In this document: piece by piece, positions 17,970 to 27,502 of the stretch
How the letters are laid out: the number at the start of each line of letters is the position of its first letter
Position numbering within the stretch: the first letter of the stretch is position 1
From: an uncultured Algisphaera sp.
Lineage (GTDB): Bacteria > Planctomycetota > Phycisphaerae > Phycisphaerales > Phycisphaeraceae
Assembly (NCBI GenBank): GCA_938015655.1
Contig: CALLPP010000019.1
Coordinates: forward strand, 1 to 45,173
Direction: 5' to 3'
DNA length: 45,173 nt
Notes under the pieces: model-generated
The model's input: the letters and a program-made list of their open reading frames with translations, nothing else
The model's database searches: none
What the model was told of the DNA's origin: nothing
Position numbers and translations under genes: made by a program

Positions 17970-18449
17970 TCACTCCGCCGCGGCCATGGCCTCGAACATC
18001 CACAGCTGCTCTTCGATCGGCTGGGCCAACGCAATCAGCTGGTCTTCGGTCAGCGGGTCGTGCTCGCCGGCCACCGCAATGGCGGCTCGGATCGCGCCTG
18101 CGGCCTGCAGCAGCCGCTCGCTGACCGCCCCCAGCGTGCTCGACACCGATTCAAAACGTTCGGGATACGCCTTAAGCGGCGAGGTGGCCGCCACGGTCGC
18201 CGCCCGGCCATCGGGTGGCGACCCCAGCTGCACCATGCGCTCGGCAACGACATCCAAGCCGTCCCGCGCGTTCAGCACCACTTCGTCCAGCTTTTCATGA
18301 ACCGACAAAAACTGCGGACCGAACACGTTCCAATGCGCCTGCTTCGCCACCAGGCTTAAGTCAATCAGTGTGACCAAGACGCCCTGCAGCGCTTGAGAAA
18401 CGGCCTCCGCAGCGGAAGCAGGCAGCGGGTTACGGGGTGTGAACGTCAT
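17970..18449 (-). CDS. dps: DNA starvation/stationary-phase protection protein (Dps)
   Basis: KQAHWNV.GPQF.SVHEKLDE and DVVAERMVQLG ferroxidase motifs. ATG 18449 follows CAGGAA. Confidence 0.92.
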   Translation of the reverse strand: MTFTPRNPLPASAAEAVSQALQGVLVTLIDLSLVAKQAHWNVFGPQFLSVHEKLDEVVLNARDGLDVVAERMVQLGSPPDGRAATVAATSPLKAYPERFESVSSTLGAVSERLLQAAGAIRAAIAVAGEHDPLTEDQLIALAQPIEEQLWMFEAMAAAE

Positions 18450-18614
18450 CAGAAAGTTCCTGAAAGAGCGAAAGCAAACCGGCGGGATCGCGGCGCGAAC
18501 ACGCAACAAACGCCCCGCACCAGGCCCACATAGTAGGTGCTTTCGGGCCTTCATTTCAATGAAGAAGCACACAGCAAGCCCGGCCGAAGTCACCGGTAAA
18601 CGTTCACGCCGTGA

Positions 18615-19403
18615 TCACCCCAGCCCACCCGTCAACTGCTCCAGCATCTCGGCCGCGGCCTCCAACGGATCCGACGCTCCCTGCATACGGTCGATCAAAG
18701 CCGAGGCCACGATGGCCGCGTCGGCCACTGCCACCACCTCACGCACGTGCGCCGGCTTACTCACCCCAAACCCCACGGCCAGGGGCAAGTCGGTCACTTC
18801 ACGCAAGGCCGTTAGCCGCGTGGTCAACTCGGGGGGCAGTTCAGCCCGGGCCCCGGTGATCCCGGCCCGCGCCACCACGTACACAAAACCGCTGCACGCC
18901 GCGGCGATCTGCTGAGCGCGGGCCAGCGGCGTGGTCGGCGCCACCAGCAGACTCAACGTCAAACCCGCAGCCTTCACCGCCGCCCGTGCCGGTTGCGAAG
19001 CTTCCAACGACAGGTCAGGGAAAATAAACCCGTCGAACCCCGCATCCGCGGCCTCGGCCACGAAGCGCTCCAGCCCCCAACGGTGTACGATCGAGTAGCT
19101 CACCATCGCCACCAGCCCCAGTTTCACTTCGGGCCGCACACTACGCACCGCCGCGAAAACCCCGGCCACATCGGTCCCGCCGTCCAAAGCCCGCTGCATG
19201 GACGCCTGGATGGTCGGCCCGTCCGCCACCGGATCCGAAAAGGGAAAACCGACTTCACACACCGCCGCGCCCGCGGCGTCCGCAGCACGGATCAGCGACA
19301 CCGTCGCCGCCAGGTCCGGATCCCCGGCGGTGAAAAAAGGCATTAAGGCCTTGGCTTCGCGGGCCCGTAAACCGGTGAAAATCGTATCGATGCGGTGTGT
19401 CAT
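18615..19403 (-). CDS. trpA: Tryptophan synthase alpha subunit
   Basis: TAGDPD, EVGFPFSDPVADGPTIQ, LVAPTT, GFVYVVARAGITG and VGFGVS. Confidence 0.96.
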   Translation of the reverse strand: MTHRIDTIFTGLRAREAKALMPFFTAGDPDLAATVSLIRAADAAGAAVCEVGFPFSDPVADGPTIQASMQRALDGGTDVAGVFAAVRSVRPEVKLGLVAMVSYSIVHRWGLERFVAEAADAGFDGFIFPDLSLEASQPARAAVKAAGLTLSLLVAPTTPLARAQQIAAACSGFVYVVARAGITGARAELPPELTTRLTALREVTDLPLAVGFGVSKPAHVREVVAVADAAIVASALIDRMQGASDPLEAAAEMLEQLTGGLG

Positions 19404-19503
19404 GGAGCGCAAAGATTACCCCAGTCACCCACCCGGTGGAGCCCCCCCCGGTCTGTAAGCCCCCCATCACCGATCGAGACACCAAAAAGCAACACCATCC
19501 GTG

Positions 19504-20418
19504 CTACCGGTCGCCCCTCACATCCAGCCTGGCCAACACCGCTTGTAAGTCGCCCCAAACACGGCGCCGGTTCTCAGGCGTGTACGCCCGCAACAAATAG
19601 TTCGGGTGGTAGGTGGGCATCACCGGGATCGACCCCGCCGGGCCTTCGTAAGTATGCCACGTGCCCCGCACCTGGGTGATGCTCTGCGTCACCCCCAACA
19701 CCAACTTGGCCGCAGGTCCACCCACGGTCAAAATCACCCGCGGCGACACGACCTCGATCTGCCGGCGCAGAACCCCGCCGCACGCCGCCGCCTCTTGGGT
19801 CGTCGGCGCACGCCCGCCCGGCGGGTAACACTTCACCACGTTGGTCAGATACACCGCATCGCGGCTCAGCTTCATGGCCGCCAACTGCTTGTCCAACAAC
19901 GCGCCCGCCGCGCCCGCAAACGGCTGCCCGCTTTGGTCTTCATCCGCGCCCGGCCCCTCACCCACAATCATCAACGCCGCCGCCGGGTTTCCCTCACCAA
20001 ACACCGTTTGAGCGCGCCCCACGTGCAGTCCGCACTGGGTGCAGCCTCGCACCGCCTGCTCGTCCAAAACGCGTAGCGACGCCACCACATCACCGTCCAC
20101 CGTCGCGGGCAGATCTCGTTTCATCACCGCGGCCGCCAGTGGCGCCAACTGCGGAGCCCGAACAGACACTGCGGCCCGGGACGCCGACTCCCCCCCCCCC
20201 ACGGCAGGGGGCCTTCGATTTCGCACCGGAGGCTGCCACCCACCGGGGGCGGGCCGCGAAGGCGTAGCAGGCTCCGCCACCGTCTGGGCCACGGCCACAG
20301 CCCGCCGGGCCTCCACAGCGGCGAGCAACGCCGCGTCCACCGGCACTGCCTCAACCCCCAGCAAACGCTCGGTCTCAACGTGCTGACGAAACACCCGTGC
20401 TGCGCGAGAATCGACCAT
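19504..20418 (-). CDS. Family 4 uracil-DNA glycosylase with N-terminal extension
   Basis: CTQC, GEGPGADED, PFAGAAG, TNVVKC and PTYHPNY. Start 20418 lies 6 nt after TACTCT. Confidence 0.9.
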   Translation of the reverse strand: MVDSRAARVFRQHVETERLLGVEAVPVDAALLAAVEARRAVAVAQTVAEPATPSRPAPGGWQPPVRNRRPPAVGGGESASRAAVSVRAPQLAPLAAAVMKRDLPATVDGDVVASLRVLDEQAVRGCTQCGLHVGRAQTVFGEGNPAAALMIVGEGPGADEDQSGQPFAGAAGALLDKQLAAMKLSRDAVYLTNVVKCYPPGGRAPTTQEAAACGGVLRRQIEVVSPRVILTVGGPAAKLVLGVTQSITQVRGTWHTYEGPAGSIPVMPTYHPNYLLRAYTPENRRRVWGDLQAVLARLDVRGDR

Positions 20419-20475
20419 ACCCACAGAGTATCCGCAAGCCCCGAACCAACCATCCGCACCACCGGCCACGGCCAG

Positions 20476-20997
20476 TCAACGCCCCGCGGTCAACGCCACC
20501 GCCCGGGACCGCGTCGCCCCGCTCCCTCCCGCTGCGGTGACTCCGATCGGCTCCCGGTCCGTGGCATCGGGAGCACCAAACACCACCCACGGCGCGATCC
20601 GCTTGCGACCGACCGGTCCCAGCCGCGCAACCCGCAACAGATCCTCCGCCCGCACAGGCGCGGGCTCGCCACAGACCGCCCGTATCCGCCGGGCCAACGT
20701 CGGTCCCACACCCGGCAACAGCTCCAAGTCAGCCGGCGGCGCCTGGTCCAGCACCACCCGCCAGTGCGCCACCGCCGACCGGCTCGCCGCGTCATCGGTT
20801 TGGCTGCCCCTCACGCTCAACACACACCACACTGCCAGCGCAAGACCAACCACCCCCGTCAGGCCGCGAGCCACCGCACGCCTCAACTCCGCGGCCGGGG
20901 CCAGATCAGCCGGCAAGGCCCTTGCTGCACAAATCGACACGAGAGCGGCTCCACTAAAGGGTGCGCATCGCTTCCGTGCCGAAAACCAATGAACCAC
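20476..20997 (-). CDS. ComEA-like helix-hairpin-helix DNA-binding membrane protein
   Basis: TM segment GLTGVVGLALAVWCVL, then two HhH motifs (LELLPGVGPTLARRI, LLRVARLGPVGRKRI). Start uncertain. Confidence 0.65.
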   Translation of the reverse strand: MVHWFSARKRCAPFSGAALVSICAARALPADLAPAAELRRAVARGLTGVVGLALAVWCVLSVRGSQTDDAASRSAVAHWRVVLDQAPPADLELLPGVGPTLARRIRAVCGEPAPVRAEDLLRVARLGPVGRKRIAPWVVFGAPDATDREPIGVTAAGGSGATRSRAVALTAGR

Positions 20998-21046
20998 GCA
21001 TCCCTTGCGTGGCCGCTATCCCCCCATCCTCCCCATCTTCGGAAAG

Positions 21047-22603
21047 CTAGACCGTCGGCGCCGCCGGGCTATCGCCGCGCCCCCCCGGCCCGGCCAACCC
21101 CAACCCGTGGCGAAACGCCAAGAGCCGGCGAAATGCGTTCTTGGGCTGGCCCGCATCGTCAATCAGCCCCGACATAGGCAGGTCGATTGCCGCATGGTCT
21201 TTTAAGTCTTGCCAGCACACCGCCTCTACATAAGGCTTGCTCATAGCAATCTGCAACACCGCCTCCAACCAGTGCCCCTGCACCACATCGGACCAGGGCC
21301 GGCGCCAGTACCCTGAATCCGCGTCCACCGGCGCGTCTCCTAGCGCCGGGTTCACCGCGATCATGAACTCGGTCACCGGCTCGCTGGGTGCCGCCACGGT
21401 CAGGAACACCTGCTTACCAAATCCCGTGAACTGATCCAGGATCGAACTAATCTGCATCAAATCGCGCGTGTATTGCCCGTCGCTGGCTTGGCCCATGGGC
21501 AGCCGCAAGCCGAACGCATCGAACTGGATCGACGACTGGATCAGCAAATCCACGTACATCATCGGCGGGATGCTGCGCGGGTTCTTAGCGAAGTACTCGC
21601 CAAACGGCTGCCGCAACTCCACGATGATCTTCGCTTCGGGGTGCAGCTTTCGCACCAACAGCGTGGCCATACGAGTGAGATCCATCAACTGCTCAAAGTT
21701 AAACGTGAAGTGGCTGTTCACGTGCAGGCCCGACACAATGGTCCAGGCGCTCACCACCCCCTTGTAGCGGCGGACCACCCGCTCGATGTGTTCGTAAATC
21801 AGGTCCCGTACAGTTTCAAAATCGTGCTCCCAGATGTAAAGCCAGTCCGGCAAGCTGGCCGGCTCGAAACTGATCACCGGCCCAGCCACCACCGGTTTAC
21901 CGGCGGACTTAGCCCACGCCGCCCAAGCATCTGCAGGGGCCCAGGTGTATTCGTTTTCTTCGGGGGCCAGCGTCTTCCAAGGCAACGGCAATTGCACAAA
22001 ATCGAAACCTGCCGCCAGGCCTGTCCGCAACTGCTCGTCGTCACCGAGGCTCAGCCCCACTCCACTACCCAGCGGCGCTTTAGGCAGGTTGCCGGTCTCC
22101 ACGCGCTTGTTCAGCAGCAGCTCACTATGAGCCAGCGCCAGCTCTTCACTCCCGTCCAGCGACGTGGCCAACGATTCGTCCGCCAGCCGGCTCGCCTCCA
22201 TCGGATCGTCATTTTGAATTGACAGGGCCTCGACAAATAAGGCCCGGGCCTTTGCTTCACGCTTCGACACCACGTGGCCCTCTTCAAGCTCGAACATCGC
22301 CCAGTCTTCGAGCTTGTTGTAGAGCATCATTAGCCGGTGCCGGGCCAGCTCGACCGATAACAAGTAAGGCGTCGACCTCTCGGGAAGCAAGCAGGTTCGC
22401 AGCGTGAGCTGCCCCAGCTCCCCCACGTCGTGCTGCAAGCAAAGCACCGCGGTGCCCGCTTCGCTCTTTTCACAGGTCATCACCCCATCGACGAAGTCGA
22501 TCTCCGACCGCACTCCGTTGCCCTCTGAATCGATCAGATACGCATTGCGCAGCGGCCACACCGTGGCGGGCTTTCCGTCGGAAAAAACCTTGAACTTGAG
22601 CAT
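21047..22603 (-). CDS. GH10-like TIM-barrel protein, probably non-catalytic
   Basis: WKTLAPEENEYTWAPAD, LPDWL and HIERVVRRYKG..SAW resemble GH10, but the acid/base NE motif reads SG. Confidence 0.7.
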   Translation of the reverse strand: MLKFKVFSDGKPATVWPLRNAYLIDSEGNGVRSEIDFVDGVMTCEKSEAGTAVLCLQHDVGELGQLTLRTCLLPERSTPYLLSVELARHRLMMLYNKLEDWAMFELEEGHVVSKREAKARALFVEALSIQNDDPMEASRLADESLATSLDGSEELALAHSELLLNKRVETGNLPKAPLGSGVGLSLGDDEQLRTGLAAGFDFVQLPLPWKTLAPEENEYTWAPADAWAAWAKSAGKPVVAGPVISFEPASLPDWLYIWEHDFETVRDLIYEHIERVVRRYKGVVSAWTIVSGLHVNSHFTFNFEQLMDLTRMATLLVRKLHPEAKIIVELRQPFGEYFAKNPRSIPPMMYVDLLIQSSIQFDAFGLRLPMGQASDGQYTRDLMQISSILDQFTGFGKQVFLTVAAPSEPVTEFMIAVNPALGDAPVDADSGYWRRPWSDVVQGHWLEAVLQIAMSKPYVEAVCWQDLKDHAAIDLPMSGLIDDAGQPKNAFRRLLAFRHGLGLAGPGGRGDSPAAPTV

Positions 22604-22983
22604 TTGGTCCCCGCAACACACGTTTGGAGCAGCGCTTTAAGCAACACCGTCATCGGTCGGCATGTCGAGATCGTAAAGTGTTAGAACGGACTTAGAGTCA
22701 ACCCCAAGATTATGAAGGCCCGGCCTGCCATTGGCAAACCCCAGCCATCTGCCAGAGGTTCGAATGCGTTACCCATCGCAGCGAAGACCAACCCTCCCGC
22801 CACCACACCCCGGACCGCATCGCCACCCCCACCCTGTCAAGGCCGATACCAACGCGCCGTAATTCTTGACGCTTTCGGAGCCCGGGCTTAGCTTGACGGG
22901 TCGCGACGCGGCGTCCGCACCCGGTGCCCCCGCCCCCGCCGTGTTCTCATCTCCCGCACCCCGTCCTCCCCGGAGCCTCCCCG

Positions 22984-25185
22984 ATGCCGCGATCCCCCCG
23001 GCTCTCCCGTTCACGCCGGCGTCTCAGCCCGCTGTTCATTGCCTCCGGCCTCACTGCCGCCACGGTGTTCTCCCCCGCGGGCTCCGGCGCGCTAGCCCAG
23101 ACACCCGCTGCCGTAGCCGGCCCGCGGGCCGAACAACTCTGGTCCGACTTCTGCCACTACGTACTGATTGCCAGCCCTGAGCTCGCGGCCCAGGCAGGCA
23201 ACGCGCTGCTAGACGCCGACCCGGGAACCCTGCTGGATGCAATCGAAAATAGCGACCGCAACGCTGAGAACGTATTCCTGCGGACCACCCGCATGGCTGA
23301 GCTCAAAACGGTGGGCTCGGACCTAGAACGGCGCATTCAAGAAGCCCGTATCGAACGTAGTCGTGAAGAAGACCGCATCCGTCACGACATCGATCTGCTC
23401 GGCAAGGGCCAGCGTGCCTACGCCAACGCCACACAACGTCTGGGGTCGGCCGGCCAGTACGCCGCACCCCAGATGCTCTCCGCACTGACTGACACCGACC
23501 GCTCGGCGTTGCACCCCCAAATCATGCGCGCAATGGCTGACATCGGCCGGCCCCTGGTCGCCCCGCTCACTGCCGCCCTACCCAAGCTCAACGCCGTCGC
23601 CCAAGGCCAAGTCGCCCGAGTACTGGCCAACATTGGTTACCCTCAGGCCCTGCCCGCCCTCAAACAGGTTATCGAGAACCCCAACACCGACCCCACCGCC
23701 CGCTCGGCGGCCGAAGCCGCGGTCCGTGTCATCACCGCCAACACCAGCGTTTCAGTCAACCTCAGCGCCGCCGAACTCCACCTGCGGCTGGGTGTGGGCT
23801 CGTACGACACCGCCACCTCACAACCCGCCGCACTCGACGGCTACGACACCGCCACCGACCGGGGCGTGTCGTGGTACTACGACCCCCAACTTACCGTCAC
23901 CGGCAGGCCGGGCCTGGTCCCCATCACCGTGCCCGGATCCATTCTTGGCGACGTACTGGCCATGCAGTCCGCCCGCACCGCCCTGCTGCTTGATCCCGAT
24001 CTGGACGGCGCCTTAAGCCTCTACATCATGGCCAACCTGCGGCGTGAAAACCGCCTGCCCGAAGGTGAAAACGACCCCAGCTACCCCGCCTCGCGCCGCA
24101 GCCCGGCTTTCTACGCCATGGCTGCCGGCCCACGTCGACTGCACGACGTGCTGGACACAGCCCTAACCGACAACGACTCCGCCCTGGCGCTGGACGCCAT
24201 TGCCGGGCTTTCAGCCACCGCCAGCCTTGAAGCCCTGCAGCCACTGGTACGCGGCCTCAACTTCCCTAACCGGGCCGTCCGCTTCCGCTCGGCGGCCGCC
24301 CTTGCCCACGCCCTGCCCCAAGAATCCTTCAGCAACGACTTCCGTGTCGTTCCTGTACTGGGCGAAGCCCTCGGCACCAACTCCACACCACTGGCCCTGG
24401 TCATCGCCGCAGATCAAAACGTCCGCAACCAGCTGGTCAACTCCGCGGGCAGCCTCAACCACCGCGCCATCCCCGCCGAGTCGGTCGCCGCTGCGGCAAA
24501 CGTTATCGCCCAATCCCCGGGTGTGGACCTGCTGCTGGTCCAAGGCGACCAAAACGTCATCGAGCAAGCCGTCAGTACCGCCAGCGAGAACTTCAAGCTC
24601 GCCGCCACGCCCGTGCTGGCCCTGGCCACCCCCACTACCCAAGCCCGGATCGCCAGCATCTTCACCGACAACCCCCGGGTAACCGTCGTCACCGCCGGCC
24701 AAGACGACCTGGGCGCCGCCGTCACCCTAGCCACCAGCCGAGCCGGCAACACCCAAGACGCCAACATCGACCCTCAAGGCATTGCCCTTGAAGCCCTAAG
24801 CCTGCTGGCCAACATCGCCACCGCCCCCACGGTGTTCGACATCAACGACGGCCTGCCCGCACTGAGCGCCGCGGTCTCCGACGACCAGCGCCCCCGCGTC
24901 GCCGCCAGGGCCGGCGATGTACTGGCCCTCATCGACAACCCCGAAGCTCAGGCCGTGCTGGCCAACGCCGCGGTCAACGCCACCGGCGACCTGCAGCCTC
25001 ACTTGCTGCGGCAGCTGGCTCAGTCTGCCAACCGCTGGGGCAACCTCATCAGCTCCGACCTGTCCGACGCCGTATTGAACAGCCTCACCACTGCCGAAAA
25101 TCAGGCCCTTGCCGACGCAGCTGCCCAAGCCCACGGCGCCCTGGCCCTACCCACCCGCAACGCCGTGAACCTGATCATCGAGTAA
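22984..25185 (+). CDS. Exported HEAT-repeat protein with a degenerate receiver-like domain
   Basis: Arg-rich signal peptide ending ALA-Q, HEAT-like repeats (VARVLANIGYPQALPALKQV, VRFRSAAALA) and a CheY-like segment (LALVIAAD...VDLLLVQG...TPVLAL). Confidence 0.7.
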   Translation: MPRSPRLSRSRRRLSPLFIASGLTAATVFSPAGSGALAQTPAAVAGPRAEQLWSDFCHYVLIASPELAAQAGNALLDADPGTLLDAIENSDRNAENVFLRTTRMAELKTVGSDLERRIQEARIERSREEDRIRHDIDLLGKGQRAYANATQRLGSAGQYAAPQMLSALTDTDRSALHPQIMRAMADIGRPLVAPLTAALPKLNAVAQGQVARVLANIGYPQALPALKQVIENPNTDPTARSAAEAAVRVITANTSVSVNLSAAELHLRLGVGSYDTATSQPAALDGYDTATDRGVSWYYDPQLTVTGRPGLVPITVPGSILGDVLAMQSARTALLLDPDLDGALSLYIMANLRRENRLPEGENDPSYPASRRSPAFYAMAAGPRRLHDVLDTALTDNDSALALDAIAGLSATASLEALQPLVRGLNFPNRAVRFRSAAALAHALPQESFSNDFRVVPVLGEALGTNSTPLALVIAADQNVRNQLVNSAGSLNHRAIPAESVAAAANVIAQSPGVDLLLVQGDQNVIEQAVSTASENFKLAATPVLALATPTTQARIASIFTDNPRVTVVTAGQDDLGAAVTLATSRAGNTQDANIDPQGIALEALSLLANIATAPTVFDINDGLPALSAAVSDDQRPRVAARAGDVLALIDNPEAQAVLANAAVNATGDLQPHLLRQLAQSANRWGNLISSDLSDAVLNSLTTAENQALADAAAQAHGALALPTRNAVNLIIE

Positions 25186-25222
25186 CGGCGACAAAAACAC
25201 TGCCCTACCGCGCGCCGCACCA

Positions 25223-25248
25223 GCCGGCCCCTCGGGGCCGGTTTTTTT
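25223..25248 (+). terminator. Rho-independent terminator
   Basis: GCCGGCCC-CTCG-GGGCCGG followed by T7. Confidence 0.85.
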
Positions 25249-25596
25249 GCGCCGCTACAACGCTCATCTTGCCGATGGCCCTGGGCATCCTTGCCCCCAC
25301 CGCGACCACCTACCCTACCGCCTATCTCCATACCGTCCCCACCCTATTTCCCCATTCCACCATAGCTCCAGGAGCGCCCGCCTTCCAAGTGTCCACCACC
25401 GCCGCAAAGCTCTCCCCCCCTTGATCTCCACCCCACACCCCATACGATAAACCAGTAGCCCTTCTAATCCCAGATGGTCCAAGACCATTAAGGCCCTCAC
25501 TTCCTGACCCAGTGCGAGCAAGCAGGCGAGACACTTGGACAAAGAGGCGCCCCTCAAGTCTGCCAAACCCACTCCCTCCCTGTTTCTACACCCCCC

Positions 25597-27336
25597 ATGG
25601 CCAACACCATCCCTCCTAAAGAGCTCACCGGACGGCGTCTGGGCCGCGTACTCACCAAACTCGGTCACGTCACCCGCGACCAGGTCCAAGAAGCTCTTGA
25701 ATTACAAAAACGTAGCAAAGCCCCGATCGGCCAGCTGCTCGTCGAACTAGGCTACGTCTCCCATGACGAGGTCAACCTGGCCCTGGCCGCCCAGGCAGGC
25801 ATGGAGACCATCGACCTCACCGACCGCCCCATCGAAGAAGACGTCCTGCGGCTCATTCCCGCGGAGATGGCCAACAACAACCACATCCTGCCGCTGAACT
25901 ACGACAAAGACGCCAACAAGCTGACGGTCGCCATGAAATCGGCAGACAACTTCCAAGCCCTGGACACCCTGCACCTGCTGCTGGGGTTCCGCGTTACCGC
26001 CGTCGTCGCCCCCGCCGGGCAGATCGACAAGCTGGTTCAGCAGCACTACGGTGAAGACGACGAATCAATCGCCTCACTCGTCGCCGAGCTGTCCGCCGCG
26101 GACGACCTGGCCGATCTGGCCGACGGCAACAAGACCGTCGACCTCGAAGAACTCGCTCAGCAAGCCGACGACAACCGCGTCAAACGGCTGCTCAACCTCG
26201 TGCTTTTGCAGGGCATCAAAGACAAAGCCTCGGACATCCACTTCGAGCCCTTCGAAGACGAATTTAAGATGCGTTACCGCATCGACGGCGTGCTCTACGA
26301 AATGATCCCGCCGCCCAAGCACCTCGCCGTGCCCATTGTCAGCCGCGTCAAAGTCATGGCCAACCTCGACATCGCCGAGCGCCGCCTGCCACAAGACGGC
26401 CGCATCGAACTGATCGTCAACAGCCAGCCGGTCGACTTGCGTGTCGCCGTGCTGCCCACCATGTTCGGCGAGTCGGTGGTCATGCGTATCCTCGACCGCG
26501 GCAACGTCAACCTCGACCTCGAACAAGTCGGCATGCGCCCCGACGACCTGGAAACCTTCCGCCAGCTCATCCACAAGCCCAACGGCATTGTCATCGTCAC
26601 CGGCCCCACCGGCTCAGGAAAAACCACCACCCTCTATTCCGCCCTGGCCGAGCTCAACAAACCCGGCGAAAAAATCCTCACCGCCGAAGACCCCGTCGAA
26701 TACGACATCGACGGCCTCATGCAGGTACAGATTAACCAGGACGTGGGCCTCACCTTCGCCGCCGCACTACGGTCCTTCCTGCGGCAAGACCCCGACATCA
26801 TCCTCGTGGGCGAAACCCGCGACCTCACCACCGCCCAGATCGGCGTGCAGGCCAGCCTTACCGGCCACCTGGTGTTCACCACCCTACACACCAACGACGC
26901 CCCCAGCTCCATCGCCCGCCTGCTCGACCTAGGCCTGGAAAGCTTCCTCATCACCGCCACCATCGAAGGCATCCTCGCCCAGCGGCTGGTCCGCCGCGTG
27001 TGCCAGCGCTGCAAAGAAGGCTACACCCCCACCGAAGACGAGCTGAGCATGCTCATGCTCACCCCCGAAGACCTCGAAGGCCGCCAGCTGTTCCGCGGCA
27101 CCGGCTGCGACTTCTGTAACCAATCGGGCTACAAGGGCCGCATGGGCATCTTCGAATGCATGGTCATGGACGACAACATCCGCGACCTCATCATGAAACA
27201 AGCCAGCACCCAGTTGATCCGCAACGAAGCCCGTAAACGCGGCATGCGCACCCTCCGCCAGGGCGGCCTCATGGCGCTCTACGAAGGGCTCACCACCATC
27301 GACGAGGTTGTGAAAGAAACCATGGTCGAGGAATGA
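25597..27336 (+). CDS. pilB: Type IV pilus/T2SS assembly ATPase (PilB/GspE) with MshEN-like N-terminus
   Basis: ASDIHFEP, ERRLPQDGRI, GPTGSGKTTT, EDPVE, LRQDPDIILVGETRD, TLHTND and the CQRC...CDFC zinc site. Confidence 0.93.
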   Translation: MANTIPPKELTGRRLGRVLTKLGHVTRDQVQEALELQKRSKAPIGQLLVELGYVSHDEVNLALAAQAGMETIDLTDRPIEEDVLRLIPAEMANNNHILPLNYDKDANKLTVAMKSADNFQALDTLHLLLGFRVTAVVAPAGQIDKLVQQHYGEDDESIASLVAELSAADDLADLADGNKTVDLEELAQQADDNRVKRLLNLVLLQGIKDKASDIHFEPFEDEFKMRYRIDGVLYEMIPPPKHLAVPIVSRVKVMANLDIAERRLPQDGRIELIVNSQPVDLRVAVLPTMFGESVVMRILDRGNVNLDLEQVGMRPDDLETFRQLIHKPNGIVIVTGPTGSGKTTTLYSALAELNKPGEKILTAEDPVEYDIDGLMQVQINQDVGLTFAAALRSFLRQDPDIILVGETRDLTTAQIGVQASLTGHLVFTTLHTNDAPSSIARLLDLGLESFLITATIEGILAQRLVRRVCQRCKEGYTPTEDELSMLMLTPEDLEGRQLFRGTGCDFCNQSGYKGRMGIFECMVMDDNIRDLIMKQASTQLIRNEARKRGMRTLRQGGLMALYEGLTTIDEVVKETMVEE

Positions 27337-27355
27337 CGCCGGTCGAAGCTCGACA

Positions 27356-27435
27356 GCCGTTAGCAAGAACGCTGACGCGGCTACGAACTCCCCAAAGACC
27401 CTCTCGCTAACGGCCAATCGCTAGTGCCTAACGGC
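27356..27435. repeat. Intergenic inverted repeat with two alternative partner arms
   Basis: GCCGTTAGCAAGA (27356-27368) is complementary to TCTCGCTAACGGC (27402-27414, one mismatch) and to CTAACGGC (27428-27435). Confidence 0.5.
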
Positions 27436-27502
27436 CGCTTCCAGAACCTCTCGCACTCGGCCCACGCCCACCCCTAGAGCGCCCCACGCCCGGAGCCCCA
27501 CC

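Noticed and set aside
22725-22790. GGTTCGAAT resembling a tRNA T-loop, and GGCAAACC resembling a c-di-GMP-I riboswitch element
   Set aside because: No cloverleaf stems or acceptor stem, and no GNRA/receptor or GCAAAG continuation.
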